A stretch of DNA of 62,347 nucleotides, the filler included, from Chiloscyllium plagiosum (Eukaryota): the NCBI RefSeq assembly GCF_004010195.1. It is 4 parts of one record of this genome, joined end to end, with 100 filler letters (N's around TTAATTAATTAA, not from the genome) between each part and the next. Parts side by side here need not be neighbours in the genome. Positions count along the whole stretch, not along the records: positions 40,770 to 52,686 come from NC_057717.1; positions 52,787 to 62,347 come from NC_057717.1; 2 more parts are not named here. One strand, 5' to 3'. A model generated the notes under the pieces. It saw only the letters and a program-made list of their open reading frames with translations, did no database searches and was not told the DNA's origin. The position numbers were made by a program, and so were the translations under genes. Positions 47,413-59,529 of this stretch are shown here, in pieces. The stretch's first letter is position 1. Each line of letters starts with the position of its first letter.

Positions 47413-50400
47413 AACATAGAACATAGAACACTACAGCGCAGTACAGGCCCTTCGGCCCTCGATGTTGTGCCGACGTGTCATACCAATCTGAAACCTATCT
47501 AACTTACACTATTCCATGTACGTCCATATACTTGTCCAATGATGACTTAAATGTACTTAAAGTTGGCGAATCTACTATTGTTGCAGGCAAAGCATTCCAA
47601 AGCTCTCTCTTTAGGTCTTTCCGGGCTACCTTGTATGCCTCAAGCGCCCTAACTGAGCCGTCACGTCACCCCATCCTAACATAAGTCGCCGTCTTCCTTT
47701 TGACCAGAGATTGCACTTCATTCGTAAACCACGGCTCCCACGCTCTACAGCTTCCTCCCTGCCTGACAGGTACACACAGTAGCATTTCCTTGAATAAGCT
47801 CCACATTTCTAATGTGCCCATTCCCTGCAGTTTTCTTCCCCATCATATGCTTCTTAAATCTTGCCTAATGGCATCGTAATTGCCTTTCCCCCAGCTGTAA
47901 CTCTTGCCCAGTGGTATACACCTATCCGTTTCTATCACGAAAGTAAACATAACAGAATTGTGATTGCTATCACCAAAGTGCTCACCTACGTCCAAGTTTA
48001 ACACCTGACCAGGCTCATTACCCAGTATCAAAACTAATGAGGCTTCGCCCCTTGTTGGCCTGTCTATATATTGTGTCAGGAAGCGCTCCTGCACACACTG
48101 GACAAAAACTGACCCCTCTATAGTACTCGTTCAATATTTCAAAAGTTGAAGTTCCCCATTACATCTACCCTGTCTCTGTCACTCCTATCGAGAATCATCT
48201 TTGCAATCCTTTCCTCTATATCTCTGGAACTATTTGGAGGCCTATAGAAAACTCCCAACGGGTGACCTCTCCTTTCCTGTTGACGAGTCCTCAAACATCC
48301 TTTCTGCGACTGCAATACTGTCCTTGACCAACAATGTAATACCTCCCCCTCTTTCACCATCTTCTCTGTTCTTACTGAAACATCTAAATCCTGGAACCTG
48401 CAACAACCATTCCTGTCCCTGCTCTAACCATGTCTCCGAAATGCCCACAACATTGAAGTCCCAGGTACCAACACATGCTGCAGGTTCACCCACCTTATTC
48501 CGGGTGCTCCTGGCGTTGAAGTGGACACACTAGAAAACCAACCTCTTGCTTGCCGGTGTCATCTTGCGTCCCTGAAACTTGACTTTGGACCTCCCTACTC
48601 TCAACCCTTTCTATATTCTAACTACAATTTTAGCTCCATCACCCTGCTGGATTAGTTCAAACCCATCCCAATAGCCTTAGCGAATTCCACCCCCCCTCCC
48701 CAGGATATTGGTACCCCTCTGGTTCAGATGAAGCCCATCCTGCTTGTAGAGGTCACACCTACCCCAGAAAGAGCCTCAACTATCCAATAATCCAAAACCC
48801 TCTCTCCTGCACCATCCCTGTAGCCACGTGTTCACCTTCTCTCTCTCTCCCCATTCCTTGCCTCATTAGCACGTAGCACGGGCAAGAAACCAGAGCCAAC
48901 AACTCTGTTCATCTTAGCTCTAAGCTTCCATCCTAGCTCCCTGGATGTCTGCCTTTTATCCCCAATTCTCTTTCTACCTATGTCGTTGGTGCCTATGTGG
49001 TCCACGACTTGTGGCTGCTCCCTCTCCCCTTAAGGATCCCAAAAACACGATCAGAGACATCACGGACTCTGGCACCTGGGAGGTAACACACCAACCGTGA
49101 GTCTCTCTCGTCCTCACAGAACCTGCTATATGTCCCCCTAACTATGGTGTCCCCAGAGACTACTGCTCTGCTCCTCTTCCCGTTTCCCTTCTGAGCAGCA
49201 GGGACAGACGCTGTGCCAGAGCCCTCTACCCCACTGCTTTCCCCTGATAATTCCCCCCCACATAGTATCCAAAACGGTATACTTATTGTTGAGGTGAATG
49301 GCCACACTGCACTGCACTGCCGGTTCCCTTTCCGTCCACTGACTGTAACCTATTTGCCTTTTTCTTGTCCTTTAGGAGTGACTACCTCCCTGTAACTCCT
49401 CTCAATAATCCACTCTGCCACCCGAATGATCCGAAGTTCATCCAGCTCCACCTCCAGTTCCCTAACACGGTTTCCCCAATAGCCTTAGCGAATTCCACCC
49501 CCCCCCCCCAGGATATTGGTACCCCTCTGGTTCAGATGAAGCCCATCCTGCTTGTAGAGGTCCCACCTACCCCAGAAAGAGCCTGAATTATCCAATAATC
49601 CAAAACCCTCTCTCCTGCACCATCCCTGTAGCCACGTGTTCACCTTCTTTCTCTCTCCCCATTCCTTGCCTCATTAGCACGTAGCACGAGCAAGAAACCA
49701 GAGCCAACAACTCTGTTCATCTTAGCTCTAAGCTTCCATCTTAGCTCCCTGGATGTCTGACTTATATCCCCAATTCTCTTTCTACCTATGTCGTTGGTGC
49801 CTATGTGGGCCACGACTTGTGGCTGCTCCCTCTCCCCTTAAGGATCCCAAAAACACGATCAGAGACATCACGGACTCTGGCACCTGGGAGGTAACACACC
49901 AACCGTGAGTCTCTCTCGTCCTCACAGAACCTGCTATATGTCCCCCTAACTATGGTGTCCCCAGAGACTACTGCTCTGCTCCTCTTCCCGTTTCCCTTCT
50001 GAGCAGCAGGGACAGACGCTGTGCCAGAGCCCTCTGCCCCACTGCTTTCCCCTGATAATTCCACCCCACATAGTATCCAAAACGGTATACTTATTGTTGA
50101 GGTGAATGGCCACACTGCACTGCCGGTTCCCGTTCCGTCCCCTGACCGTAACCCATTTGCTTTTTTCTTGTCCTTTAGGAGTGACTACCTCCCTGTAACT
50201 CCTCTCAATAATCCCTTCTGCCACCCGAATGATCCGAAGTTCATCCAGCTCCACCTCCAGTTCCCTAACACGGTTTTCTAGGAGCTGGAGTCAGGTGCAC
50301 TTCCAGCAGATGTAGTCAGCAGGGACACGGGTGGTGACACTTACCTCCCACGTAATACAGGAGGAACATTAAACTGCCCTAAACTCCATTCTCATTAGTC

Positions 50401-50510
50401 TAAATTCCCAAAGAGACTGTTGAAAAAAAAAGAATAAAAAACCTCGTTAACTTTCCAGGCTGTGGCAGAGGTATTTTGTTTTTGGATAGAGGAGGAGGAT
50501 GGGTGCTTTA
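47413..50510 (-). mobile_element. CR1 LINE with ORF1 + endonuclease, large RT deletion and an internal 808-bp tandem duplication
   Basis: ORF1 start MEFRAV*CSSC near 50389, GDTIVRGT, VVGISETWL and GNFNF. The 3' tail (gaacatagaacatag) is joined near 47600 directly to the post-endonuclease region. Confidence 0.9.
48667..50277. repeat. 808-bp tandem duplication within CR1 ORF1
   Basis: Units start at 48667 and 49475; the ORFs at 48993 and 49801 are offset by 808 bp. Confidence 0.95.
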
Positions 50511-51129
50511 ACAGACTATAAGGCAAGGTAAGCTTTTCTGTGTGTTTGGTTTAATTCACAAACGGGTTCGTTGCTGTGTCGTAACAGCACACTTGGAACA
50601 TTGTGTTCAGTTCTGGTCGCCTTGTTATAGGAAAGATGTAGAAGCTATCGTGAGGGTGCAGAGGAATCCCTACGGATCAACAGAAATATTGGCACACACA
50701 ACAGGATCGAGTAAAATATTGAGGAAGTCACCACGCGAAAAATAAATATTGGCAGATTCTGCATGTCTGTATAAACGTCAGTGTGTCAGTGTTTGTGGTG
50801 TGTCTGTACTGATGCCTGTATGTCTGTGTGTGCACGTGCATCAGTATATTGGCATTTCTCTCTGTGTGCTTTAGTATCTGTGTGACTGCACCAGTCTCTA
50901 TGTGGGCCTGTGCATCTATACTCATATATTTGTGTATCTGCGTGTCTCTGTGTGCACAGCGGATCTGCCAGCCTCTGTGGTGTTTAAAGTGATGCAATGT
51001 CCGCCTCTGCTGGCCTTCACACTCTACTGCATTGATGGCAGTGGATGGAGAAAACCGTAAGGGATTCAGTACAAGAGGTAGGGACAGGGAGGTAGATCAG
51101 AGCACCATCCAAAATGACAGCAATATCTG

Positions 51130-51130
51130 C

Positions 51131-51171
<41 letters not shown>

Positions 51172-51172
51172 C
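51130..51172. repeat. (CA)n microsatellite
   Basis: Direct read. Confidence 0.98.
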
Positions 51173-52009
51173 TTGGGTATAGGGAGGATCATAATTGTAC
51201 TTCGGACACTCAGAGTGGCGAATGCTCCTGAGTAATATCTTTGCTCGCTCTGCAATGTGAAAGTGATTTGTCTTTGAAGATTATTCGTTACACAGAGTGC
51301 ACTCCTTAAAGAGTATTTCCACTGCAACTGCATCCAAGCAACTCTGACCAAACCATTTGTAAGGTGATACGATGAATTTGTTACACGTTCTTTAAATTGA
51401 AATATTTTTTCATTCACCCCTACAAGATGGAAGTGAGAATGGATTGAAAAGTCCTGAAACTGACCCAGTGGTGGTGGTAATATATCTAGGTATCAGACAA
51501 AACTGTTCTGTTCATCCAGAGATATTTGCAAAACCAAACAACCGTGCAATGTGAGAGAGTCACAGTATTTAATGTCATCAGATAGATAAAAACTGACACT
51601 TGTGCAGTGGCATGGGGAGACCAGCAGAGAGTGGCATTGTATGTCTATAACCTGAACAGGGACAGACGTAGAGGTAGAGGAGGGGAGTAAGGGTTCATCT
51701 CAATTTCAATGGATTTACCCCCAAAATCACAGAGCCATCATTTCACAGAGATGCACACAAACATACATTGACACATTAAACACACAACACGTATACATAC
51801 GGATATGGACACTTACACACAAACACATGCACACTCCTGCACACACAGTGGTTTCTTTAAGGTAGAGATAAGTATGTTTTTCATGAATAAGGGAATCAAT
51901 GGTCAGTTGGTGAAGGCAGGAGAATGTGGCTGAGAAACATTTTAGCTGTGACCAAACGGCACAGCAGATCCAAGGGGTTAAATAGCCTGATTATGTTCCA
52001 ATTTCCTAT

Positions 52010-52555
52010 TTTGTGAAGGGATTCATTTTGGAAGTCGAATTTGAATGCAGATTACTGGGTCAAATGTAGGATTCATAGCAGTATGGAGGAACAAACGGAT
52101 CTTGGGGTCCATGTCTGCAGGTCTCTCATTTGCCACCTAAGTTGATAGGGTTGGTAAGAAGGCGCATGGTGTGTTGGTTTTCATTAGCAGGGGGACTGAG
52201 TTGAAGAGCCACGAGATTATGCTGCAGGTCTATAAAGCTCTGGTGAGACCATATTTGAAATGTTCTGGTCGCCTCATTAGAGAAAGGATATGGAAGCTTT
52301 AGAACGGGTGCAGAGGAGATTTACCAGAATGATGCCTGGACTAGAGGGCTTGTCATATGAAGAAAGGTTGAGGGAGCTATGGCTTTTCTCATTGGAGTAA
52401 AGAAGGATGAGAGGTAACTTGATAGAGCTGAACAAGATGGTGATAGTTACAGACAGATTAAATATCCAGAGACTTCTTCAAAGGGTGGAAATTATTGTCA
52501 CGAGGTGAGCATAATTTTACGGTGTTTGGAGAACGGTTTTGGAAGATGTCAAAGG
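52010..52555 (+). mobile_element. CR1 ORF2 C-terminal fragment
   Basis: gatcttggggtccatgtc and tagaacgggtgcagaggagatttaccag. Confidence 0.85.
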
Positions 52556-52786
52556 CAATGAGACACCAGCCCCCCTCCCCCTCCCCAAAACCGGATCCCT
52601 TGTACTGTAGGACAGCCATGCTAAACACTGAGACACCATCCCCCCCTCCCCCTGCCCCACAAACCGGGTCCCTGGTACTGTGAGACNNNNNNNNNNNNNN
52701 NNNNNNNNNNNNNNNNNNNNNNNNNNNNNNTTAATTAATTAANNNNNNNNNNNNNNNNNNNNNNNNNNNNNNNNNNNNNNNNNNNN

Positions 52787-54081
52787 GGAGTTATTAAGTA
52801 AACCAGTCATGAGAAACATCCTAACCACCTTGCATCAAGGCAGCCATTGGTGCCCACAAGCTATGTGTGACATAGTGTTAAGGAAGTATGGGTGTAAAGG
52901 GATATACACATTAGCCAAGCAGTTATGCGCAAGATGCCCAACTTGCCAAAAGATTAATAAGAAAGTAACGGGGTGGGGTGGGGGCGGTAAGAGGTGGAAG
53001 AAACCCTAGGGTAAGTCCTTTTCAAAGAATACAGGTGGATTACACAGACTTACCCCAGTAGGGAAACAAAAGTACTTATAAGTCCTAATGGATCACCTAA
53101 CTAGGTTGGTGGAGGCATTTCCAATGTCCTCAGCTACCTCGAAGGGAGTAGTGAAAACTCTTTTAGAACATATAATTGCTCGATATGGAGTGGAGGAATG
53201 TACAGATTCAGACGAAGATAGCCATTTTACCTCTGAGATCCTACAAGAGGTAATGGTGGGATTAGAAATCTCTTAGGAATTCCACACTCCTTGGCACCTG
53301 CCTTCCTCTGGACTCATGAAACGAATGAATCAAACCTGAAAGAAGCAATTGTCTAAGCTAGTCCTAGAGACCAGTTTACCATGGACAAAATGGTAAAAAC
53401 CATGACTGCAGATGCTGGAAACCAGATTCTGAATGAGTGGTGCTGGAAGAGCACAGCAGTTCAGACAACATCCAAGGAGCAGCGAAATCGACGTTTCGGG
53501 CAAATGCACTTCATCCTGACGTCGATTTCGCTGCTTCTTGGATGCTGCCTGAACTGCTGTGCTCTTCCAGCACCACGAATCCAGAACCATGGACAAAATG
53601 TTTACCTATCGCGTTGCTCCGCATTAGGACTGCGCCGAGGCGTGATATCGGCCTCTCTCCTTATGAAATGATGTTTGGATTACTTTTCTTGAGTGGAAGA
53701 GGGGAATTACCAAATGTAGAGTTCAATGATAAGTTTTTAAAGTACTATATTGTGGCTCTCGTCTCTTCTTTGTCTGTCCTTAGGAAGAAGGGTCTTTTGA
53801 CCCAGACACATCCACTTGGATTCGCCGTACATCGAATACAACCGGTTGACTGAGTCCTGATCAAAACCTGGAAAGATACCAAACTGCACCCAAGCTGTGC
53901 GGGACTGTTCCTAAACCCCCTGACTACTGAAACAGTCGTCCGAACTTCTGAAAAAGGATGGAGTCATCACACTCATGTTCAGTGCCCCGTGGACGCTCCT
54001 TCCACTTCGACAGAGTGGAAAGCTCATCCTACTGACGACTATCTGAAAGTCAAGCTGAGCAAAAAGAATGGACTGAGATAA
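52787..54081 (+). pseudogene. pol: ERV integrase, second copy
   Basis: HHCC, DHLTRLVEAFP and PWTKCLPIALLRIRTAPRRDIGLSPYEMMFG; ends KVKLSKKNGLR*. Confidence 0.92.
53393..53585 (-). mobile_element. PLE-derived hairpin element in integrase (paralog of 20221-20418)
   Basis: Same insertion site, with duplicated accatggacaaaatg flanks. Confidence 0.9.
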
Positions 54082-55373
54082 GGGACTATTAAGTATTAGT
54101 TAAAAATAACTGTCTCCCAAAACAATTGTAAGTGTTGCATGGACTCACTCCTCCCTGGGATACAAAGGGTTAGGGAATAGACAGATAGGGTTGTGAGCTG
54201 AAATGAGTGATCAGCTTTATATTGTCACGATAATATTGGCGCTAGCTGCCAAAGGGGGTGGGAAAAATCATTTTACCACTTTATGTCAGAATTATGCTGA
54301 ACTAAAGGGACATACCGACTGTTGGGTATGCCCGGAGATCCCACACCATGGTGAATCCGGAATTCCTCTCACGGTAGTGCCACTTAAAAAAGAAGTGTAC
54401 GATGCACAACAATTTGACTCGGGCTCAAACAATACAAAATGGAGATCTGACAGGGATAATTAAAACTTTGCAAGATGGTTCCGTCGACCAGCCCCGAAAA
54501 CACTGGGTACTATCAATGGCCTGAGAGTTTCGCCCCCGAAAGGAGCAGTAATAACCACTTGTTTCTGTAATCAGAATGATGTCGCACCCTTCCGATTAGG
54601 AAAATCATCTTGTGTCTGCACCAGCCAAGCCACTGCCACAACCACTCCCCAAGTGTTGAATGGGACATATTGGGTGGGTTGCTTAAATGCCTACACATTT
54701 AACCCCGGCGAGAAGTACGTTTGGAGTCGCGGATGTAACGGCAATGGGTGCTGGGACCATCCAGTTCAGACACTACCTCAAAACCAGAAAGTATGGTGTG
54801 GCTGCTGCTACCTTGCCTATATAATTCCCCACTTGAGGCTGTTAAAGAGAGCCCCAAAAATACCTCGGAATAAACAGGGAGGAAGGTGAGTAACCCGGAA
54901 AGTAACCGAAAGCGATCGCCTCCTCTGGACTTTGATACCTATGTACCTTTGGGACCGCTCGAGCAGGAGTAGAAATACAAACGTTAGCGGCTTCCTTAGA
55001 AGAGTTGGCCAACAAAGCTGCTGATGCGTTGGCCGAAACCCAATCCCAAGTAACAGTCATAATGACGGAAATGATTACCACTACGCTAACGACTCTTCAG
55101 AACAGGATAGCTCTGGATTATATTCTGGCAGAGAAAGTTGATACCTATGCACTAATTGGGGAAGGTGGTTAGTCAATCTGGCTATCTATGGATTGTTGAT
55201 ATTAGTGGGTCTGGTGGTAGGGTTCAATGTCCTAAAATGGGTCATGAGCCGACTGATGACATCCCTTGGGGAAGGAACCCAAATAGCTCATCAGATGTTC
55301 AAAGTTTGGGAGAAGTTTTGTAGCTCGGGTGCTCGTTGTTGTGGTTCTGTTCGCCGAGCTGGAATTTTTCGTT

Positions 55374-55413
55374 GCAAACGTTTCGCCCCCTGTCTCGGTG
55401 ACATCCTCAGTGC
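55374..55413 (-). ncRNA. Second hammerhead motif, on the opposite strand
   Basis: Reverse complement gcaCTGAGGAtgtcaccgagacagggggcGAAAcgtttgc. Confidence 0.6.
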
Positions 55414-55453
55414 TTGAGAGCTTCCTGTGAAGCGCTTCACAGGAGGCTCCCAA

Positions 55454-55493
55454 GCACTGAGGATGTCACCTAGACAGGGGACGAAACGTTTGC
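55454..55493 (+). ncRNA. Minimal type I hammerhead ribozyme motif
   Basis: gca-CTGAGGA-t-gtcacct(agac)aggggac-GAAA-cgtt-tgc: intact core, stem II, palindromic aaacgttt stem III, short stem I. Confidence 0.7.
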
Positions 55494-55729
55494 AACAAAA
55501 ATTTCCAGCTCGGCGAACAGAACCACAACAAATCATCAGATGCTTTTCCAATCAGCAGGTGATATTCAACAAAGTGAAAGTCAAAGAATGCTTCTAGCGT
55601 TCGAGGGACGAACAACAAAAATGTAAAACGTAAGATTGTGAACCTCATCGCCAAAAGGCTTAAGAGGGCGGAACAGAAGAAAACGGATTAAACGAGACTT
55701 AATAAGTGAAGAAACAACAGTTCTTAAAA

Positions 55730-55748
55730 AAAAAAACAAAAAGGGGGA
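55730..55748 (+). promoter_or_regulatory. Polypurine tract
   Basis: aaaaaaacaaaaaggggga immediately before the LTR start. Confidence 0.85.
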
Positions 55749-55750
55749 AT

Positions 55751-56319
55751 TGTGGAAGATTAGAAATGTAGTTTCTGCACGTGGTGGGGGTGTGTTGCGG
55801 GGGTGGGACATTATACAAACGGTCGCGGAATTCTTGTAGCATGTAGCATACTTAAGGCTTAGACTTTAATAAATATAGAGGGTCGATGAAAGAAAATAGT
55901 TTTAAGCTGGGAAATAACTTTAAAGTGTTGTCGTTGACCACAAAAAGAAGCAGCAGGGGCATTTCACAATAAAGCTTCTAGTATGATAAGAGAAACTGGA
56001 TAAAAGTACAAGCTGTAACAAACAAGGAACAAAAAATGCAGACATACAAGGACAGCAGGATGGCCAGATAAGAAAATAACTAGAGAGAAAAATAACTAGA
56101 GAGAAAAATAACAAGCGAGCTAATCGGCTTATGATGGGATGGGAAAAGGGAGGTGTGATTCCGCAACTTGTAAACTGAATAAGAAAGCTAACATGTCCTG
56201 TTTTCGCGCGCATTTCTGCTTGATTGCAAATGCGTCCGGTACTTGCAAGGTTGCAATAAATGTTCTTGTTTCCAAGGCTTTGTCTCAGTCTGATTTATGA
56301 GTGAGTTCTGTATCTCACA
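55751..56319 (+). repeat. Complete ERV 3' LTR (569 bp)
   Basis: TG...CA termini, AATAAA at 56255-56260, followed by gatt (reverse complement of the TSD). Confidence 0.93.
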
Positions 56320-58513
56320 GATTAAATGTGCAGATTCAATGGGACGAACGGTCTTTGTCTGCAGTGAAGGGATTCCATCAGTTCTTTCCCTCCGAGGTTT
56401 TGTCGTTTGTATATATTTTTATCTTCATTTTTTAACATCGATCCGAAAATGTGACTTGCAGATCTTCACACAAGATTCTAGCTTTAACCAAATGAACAAA
56501 TGAAACAACTTTAGGAATTGTAAATTGTTCATTTCATTCCCAAACGGGTGTTACTTAAACATTTGCTTCCATGATCAATATGATATTTTACAGGAAGGAC
56601 GGTGCTGTATGAGTCAGGGTGGGGAAGGAACGCAGCTCCCGGAGAGACACAGTGTCCGTGAAAGTGAAAACACGTTTGTTCTGGAAACTGTTCCCTGTGC
56701 CCGTGTTGAAATGCAAGCCATTTGATAGATATGTTCCAAACTGAAATGCTTACTGGAAGCAGTAAGCGGTGGAAGGTATACATTCTGTTCCACTTTCAAC
56801 AATATGCAATCACACTGAACTCCACACCTTGCCACCACAATGCAGGACATTTTCTCTCGCAACCCCCGCTCCAGAATTCCATGCATCCAAGCAACTGCCC
56901 ATACTGCACCATTCCATAAAATCACAGAAGGTGTGGCTTGACCACCTGGTAGGGCTCCATCTGGAGTATTGCATGCAATTCTAGTCACTAAATTTTGGAA
57001 AGATGTGAAAATTTTGGAAAGGGTTCAAAGGAGATGTACTGGGATGTTGACTGGTGTGGATCGAAGGTCTTACCAGCAAAGTCTGAGGAACCTGAGGTTG
57101 TTTTCGTCGGAGAGAAGAAGGTTGACAGGTGAATTAATCGAGACTTATATGATTATCAAAAGGTTAGGTAGAGTGGACAGTAAGAGCCTTTTTCCTCGGA
57201 CGGTGACGGCCAACACGAAGAGGCACAGCATTAAATTGGATGGCGAGTGATTTAAGACAGATAACTGTACGGGCGTGGATTAGCTTGCCGGCAACAATCC
57301 GGCATCATAGACCCGCTGAGTATATGGACATTGCAATGTGCATTGGACATACATATGGTTAATAATGTAACAGTGAAGGTTAGATGGGCATCACATTTTT
57401 ATTCACAGGTCAGTGCAAGATCGACGGCCGAAGGGCCTGCACTGCACTGTAATGTTCTATCTCCTAAGCAATAAGATCTGCTGGGATACGATATCTCTCC
57501 TCACTGTGTAACTTTTCAGAGACACCTATCAGTGCTTTGTCTGCACTTCATTCAGTCCAGGCAACTGTTCTTCCTCCTCAGAATGTTATCTCTCCACAAT
57601 GGGGAGTGAAACACAGAGTCAGTGACAAAGCTGAGATCGCCTACGTTCTGTATGGAACAAACAAAGGTTATCCTGATCTTCCAGTCTCCTGTCACTTGAA
57701 TGTTGCACTGTGTTCCAAAGGCACGATTTCAGACTCCGGTCTGCTGCAGTGATACTTGAAGGCACAGCCCAAGCTGGAAGAATCGCACCTCATTTTCTAC
57801 TGCCAGACTATGCAGTCTTCAGGACCCAGCAGCGAGTTCAATCATTTCAGAACACGTCCGCTTCTTCCAGATTCTTTCACCATCCACACGTCCCATTAGT
57901 TCCAAAGATGGATCATTGGACTGGAAACATAACTCTCCTTTCTCTCCACAGATTTGCAATAGCGAATGATTTTGTTCATACGTTTTGGCTTTTCTTCAGA
58001 GAACGTTTTTCCACTGTAGGCTGCAGGAAGCGTCTGATCGCAGGAGATGGTGTTCATGGGAGATGATAAGAACGACAATAGCTGGACCATTCCCGTTGTG
58101 AAGGTAGACAAGCCAAGCTGGCGCTGATTATGTAAGTGCAGAGAAGGCTGTCTGAGAAACTGATAAACATGCACATATTATGAAGAGGACAGATATGTGT
58201 GACAGAAATGAGCTTGTTTTTGGGAAGTAAAAATAACCAGTGGCACAGATGAAAAGCAATAGACTAGGGATTAAGAGGAGATTTAGGATAAATGTTTTCA
58301 CCCAGACAGTGTTGTTTGTCTGGAATTCACTATATGAAAATGTGGTAAAGCGAAGTGTCAGCAGAACACTTCACCAGTATATAGCCAAACATTTGAATAC
58401 CCAGAGCACACTTGGATAAGCAGCAGGTACTGGATGTGACGAAGGCAGACGTACGTGAATTGGGAGTCCCGAGTCCATGGTAACCCTGTGTCCTTAGGCA
58501 CATCAGCCTGTGC

Positions 58514-58605
58514 GGCTATGTGGCGCAATGGTCAGCGCGTTGGCGTTTTATGTGGTTATTGAAGCTTTTGAAAAAAGGTCGTGTGTTCGAATTCCACCAG
58601 AGTCG
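58514..58605 (+). pseudogene. tRNA-Arg(TCT)-derived pseudogene, duplicate copy
   Basis: Paralog of 16588-16679. Confidence 0.75.
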
Positions 58606-58951
58606 AGTTTGGTTTGAAACGTGATCAGAGCAGACTCGGCTGCTCCTCTGCAAAACCGGTATTATGCGTGCAGAATCCCGACTGTCTTGAAACGGGAAAA
58701 ATCTACTTTTCACAAATGAACAATTTCGATGTCTGTTGAAGGTAGAGCTCGATAAATATCTGTTAGCCAATAGGCAACACGGTGATGTTGATAGGCTGAG
58801 AAAAGACATTAATATTCTGGCTCAGCCATGAGGAATTTGAATGGCCGGGCCGGGAGGCGTGGCCTCCTCATATTCCTCCTGTCTGTGCTGTTTCTGGCCC
58901 AGGTTTTTTAACACTAACAGAAGGAGGACAGTGTGAATCTACATCATCAGT

Positions 58952-59026
58952 GGCACGGTGGCTCAGTGATTAGTACTGGTGCCCCCAGCAACAGTGCTCC
59001 AGATTCGATTCCAACCTTGGGTACTG
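58952..59026 (+). mobile_element. HE1 SINE 5' part (cut by gap)
   Basis: ggcacggtggctcagtgattagtactg. Confidence 0.8.
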
Positions 59027-59529
59027 NNNNNNNNNNNNNNNNNNNNNNNNNNNNNNNNNNNNNNNNNNNNNNNNNNNNNNNNNNNNNNNNNNNNNNNNNN
59101 NNNNNNNNNNNNNNNNNNNNNNNNNNNNNNNNNNNNNNNNNNNNNNNNNNNNNNNNNNNNNNNNNNNNNNNNNNNNNNNNNNNNNNNNNNNNNNNNNNNN
59201 NNNNNNNNNNNNNNNNNNNNNNNNNNNNNNNNNNNNNNNNNNNNNNNNNNNNNNNNNNNNNNNNNNNNNNNNNNNNNNNNNNNNNNNNNNNNNNNNNNNN
59301 NNNNNNNNNNNNNNNNNNNNNNNNNNNNNNNNNNNNNNNNNNNNNNNNNNNNNNNNNNNNNNNNNNNNNNNNNNNNNNNNNNNNNNNNNNNNNNNNNNNN
59401 NNNNNNNNNNNNNNNNNNNNNNNNNNNNNNNNNNNNNNNNNNNNNNNNNNNNNNNNNNNNNNNNNNNNNNNNNNNNNNNNNNNNNNNNNNNNNNNNNNNN
59501 NNNNNNNNNNNNNNNNNNNNNNNNNNGAA

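Larger units (their letters stand above)
55298..55532. mobile_element. Poseidon-type PLE mini-element, 98-bp-arm palindrome, inserted in the env cytoplasmic tail
   Basis: TSD tcatcagatg at 55288-55297 and 55533-55542. Arms 55336-55433 and 55434-55531. Sequence matches the ends of 11032-13724. Confidence 0.93.
54203..55626 (+). pseudogene. env: ERV gamma-type env, disrupted
   Basis: Signal peptide, CWVC motif, degraded furin site PRNKQ, immunosuppressive domain LQNRIALDYILAEK (55095-55136), TM helix LAIYGLLILVGLVVGF, tail ending RTTKM*. Confidence 0.9.
52787..59026. repeat. Segmental duplication copy B (inverted copy of 16165-21019 plus the sequence missing in copy A's gap)
   Basis: Colinear reverse complement; bounded by gaps at both ends. 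Confidence 0.95.

Noticed and set aside
54203..55626. env as a domesticated syncytin-like gene
   Set aside because: It has multiple stops and frameshifts, a degraded furin site, loss of CX6CC and a TE insertion.
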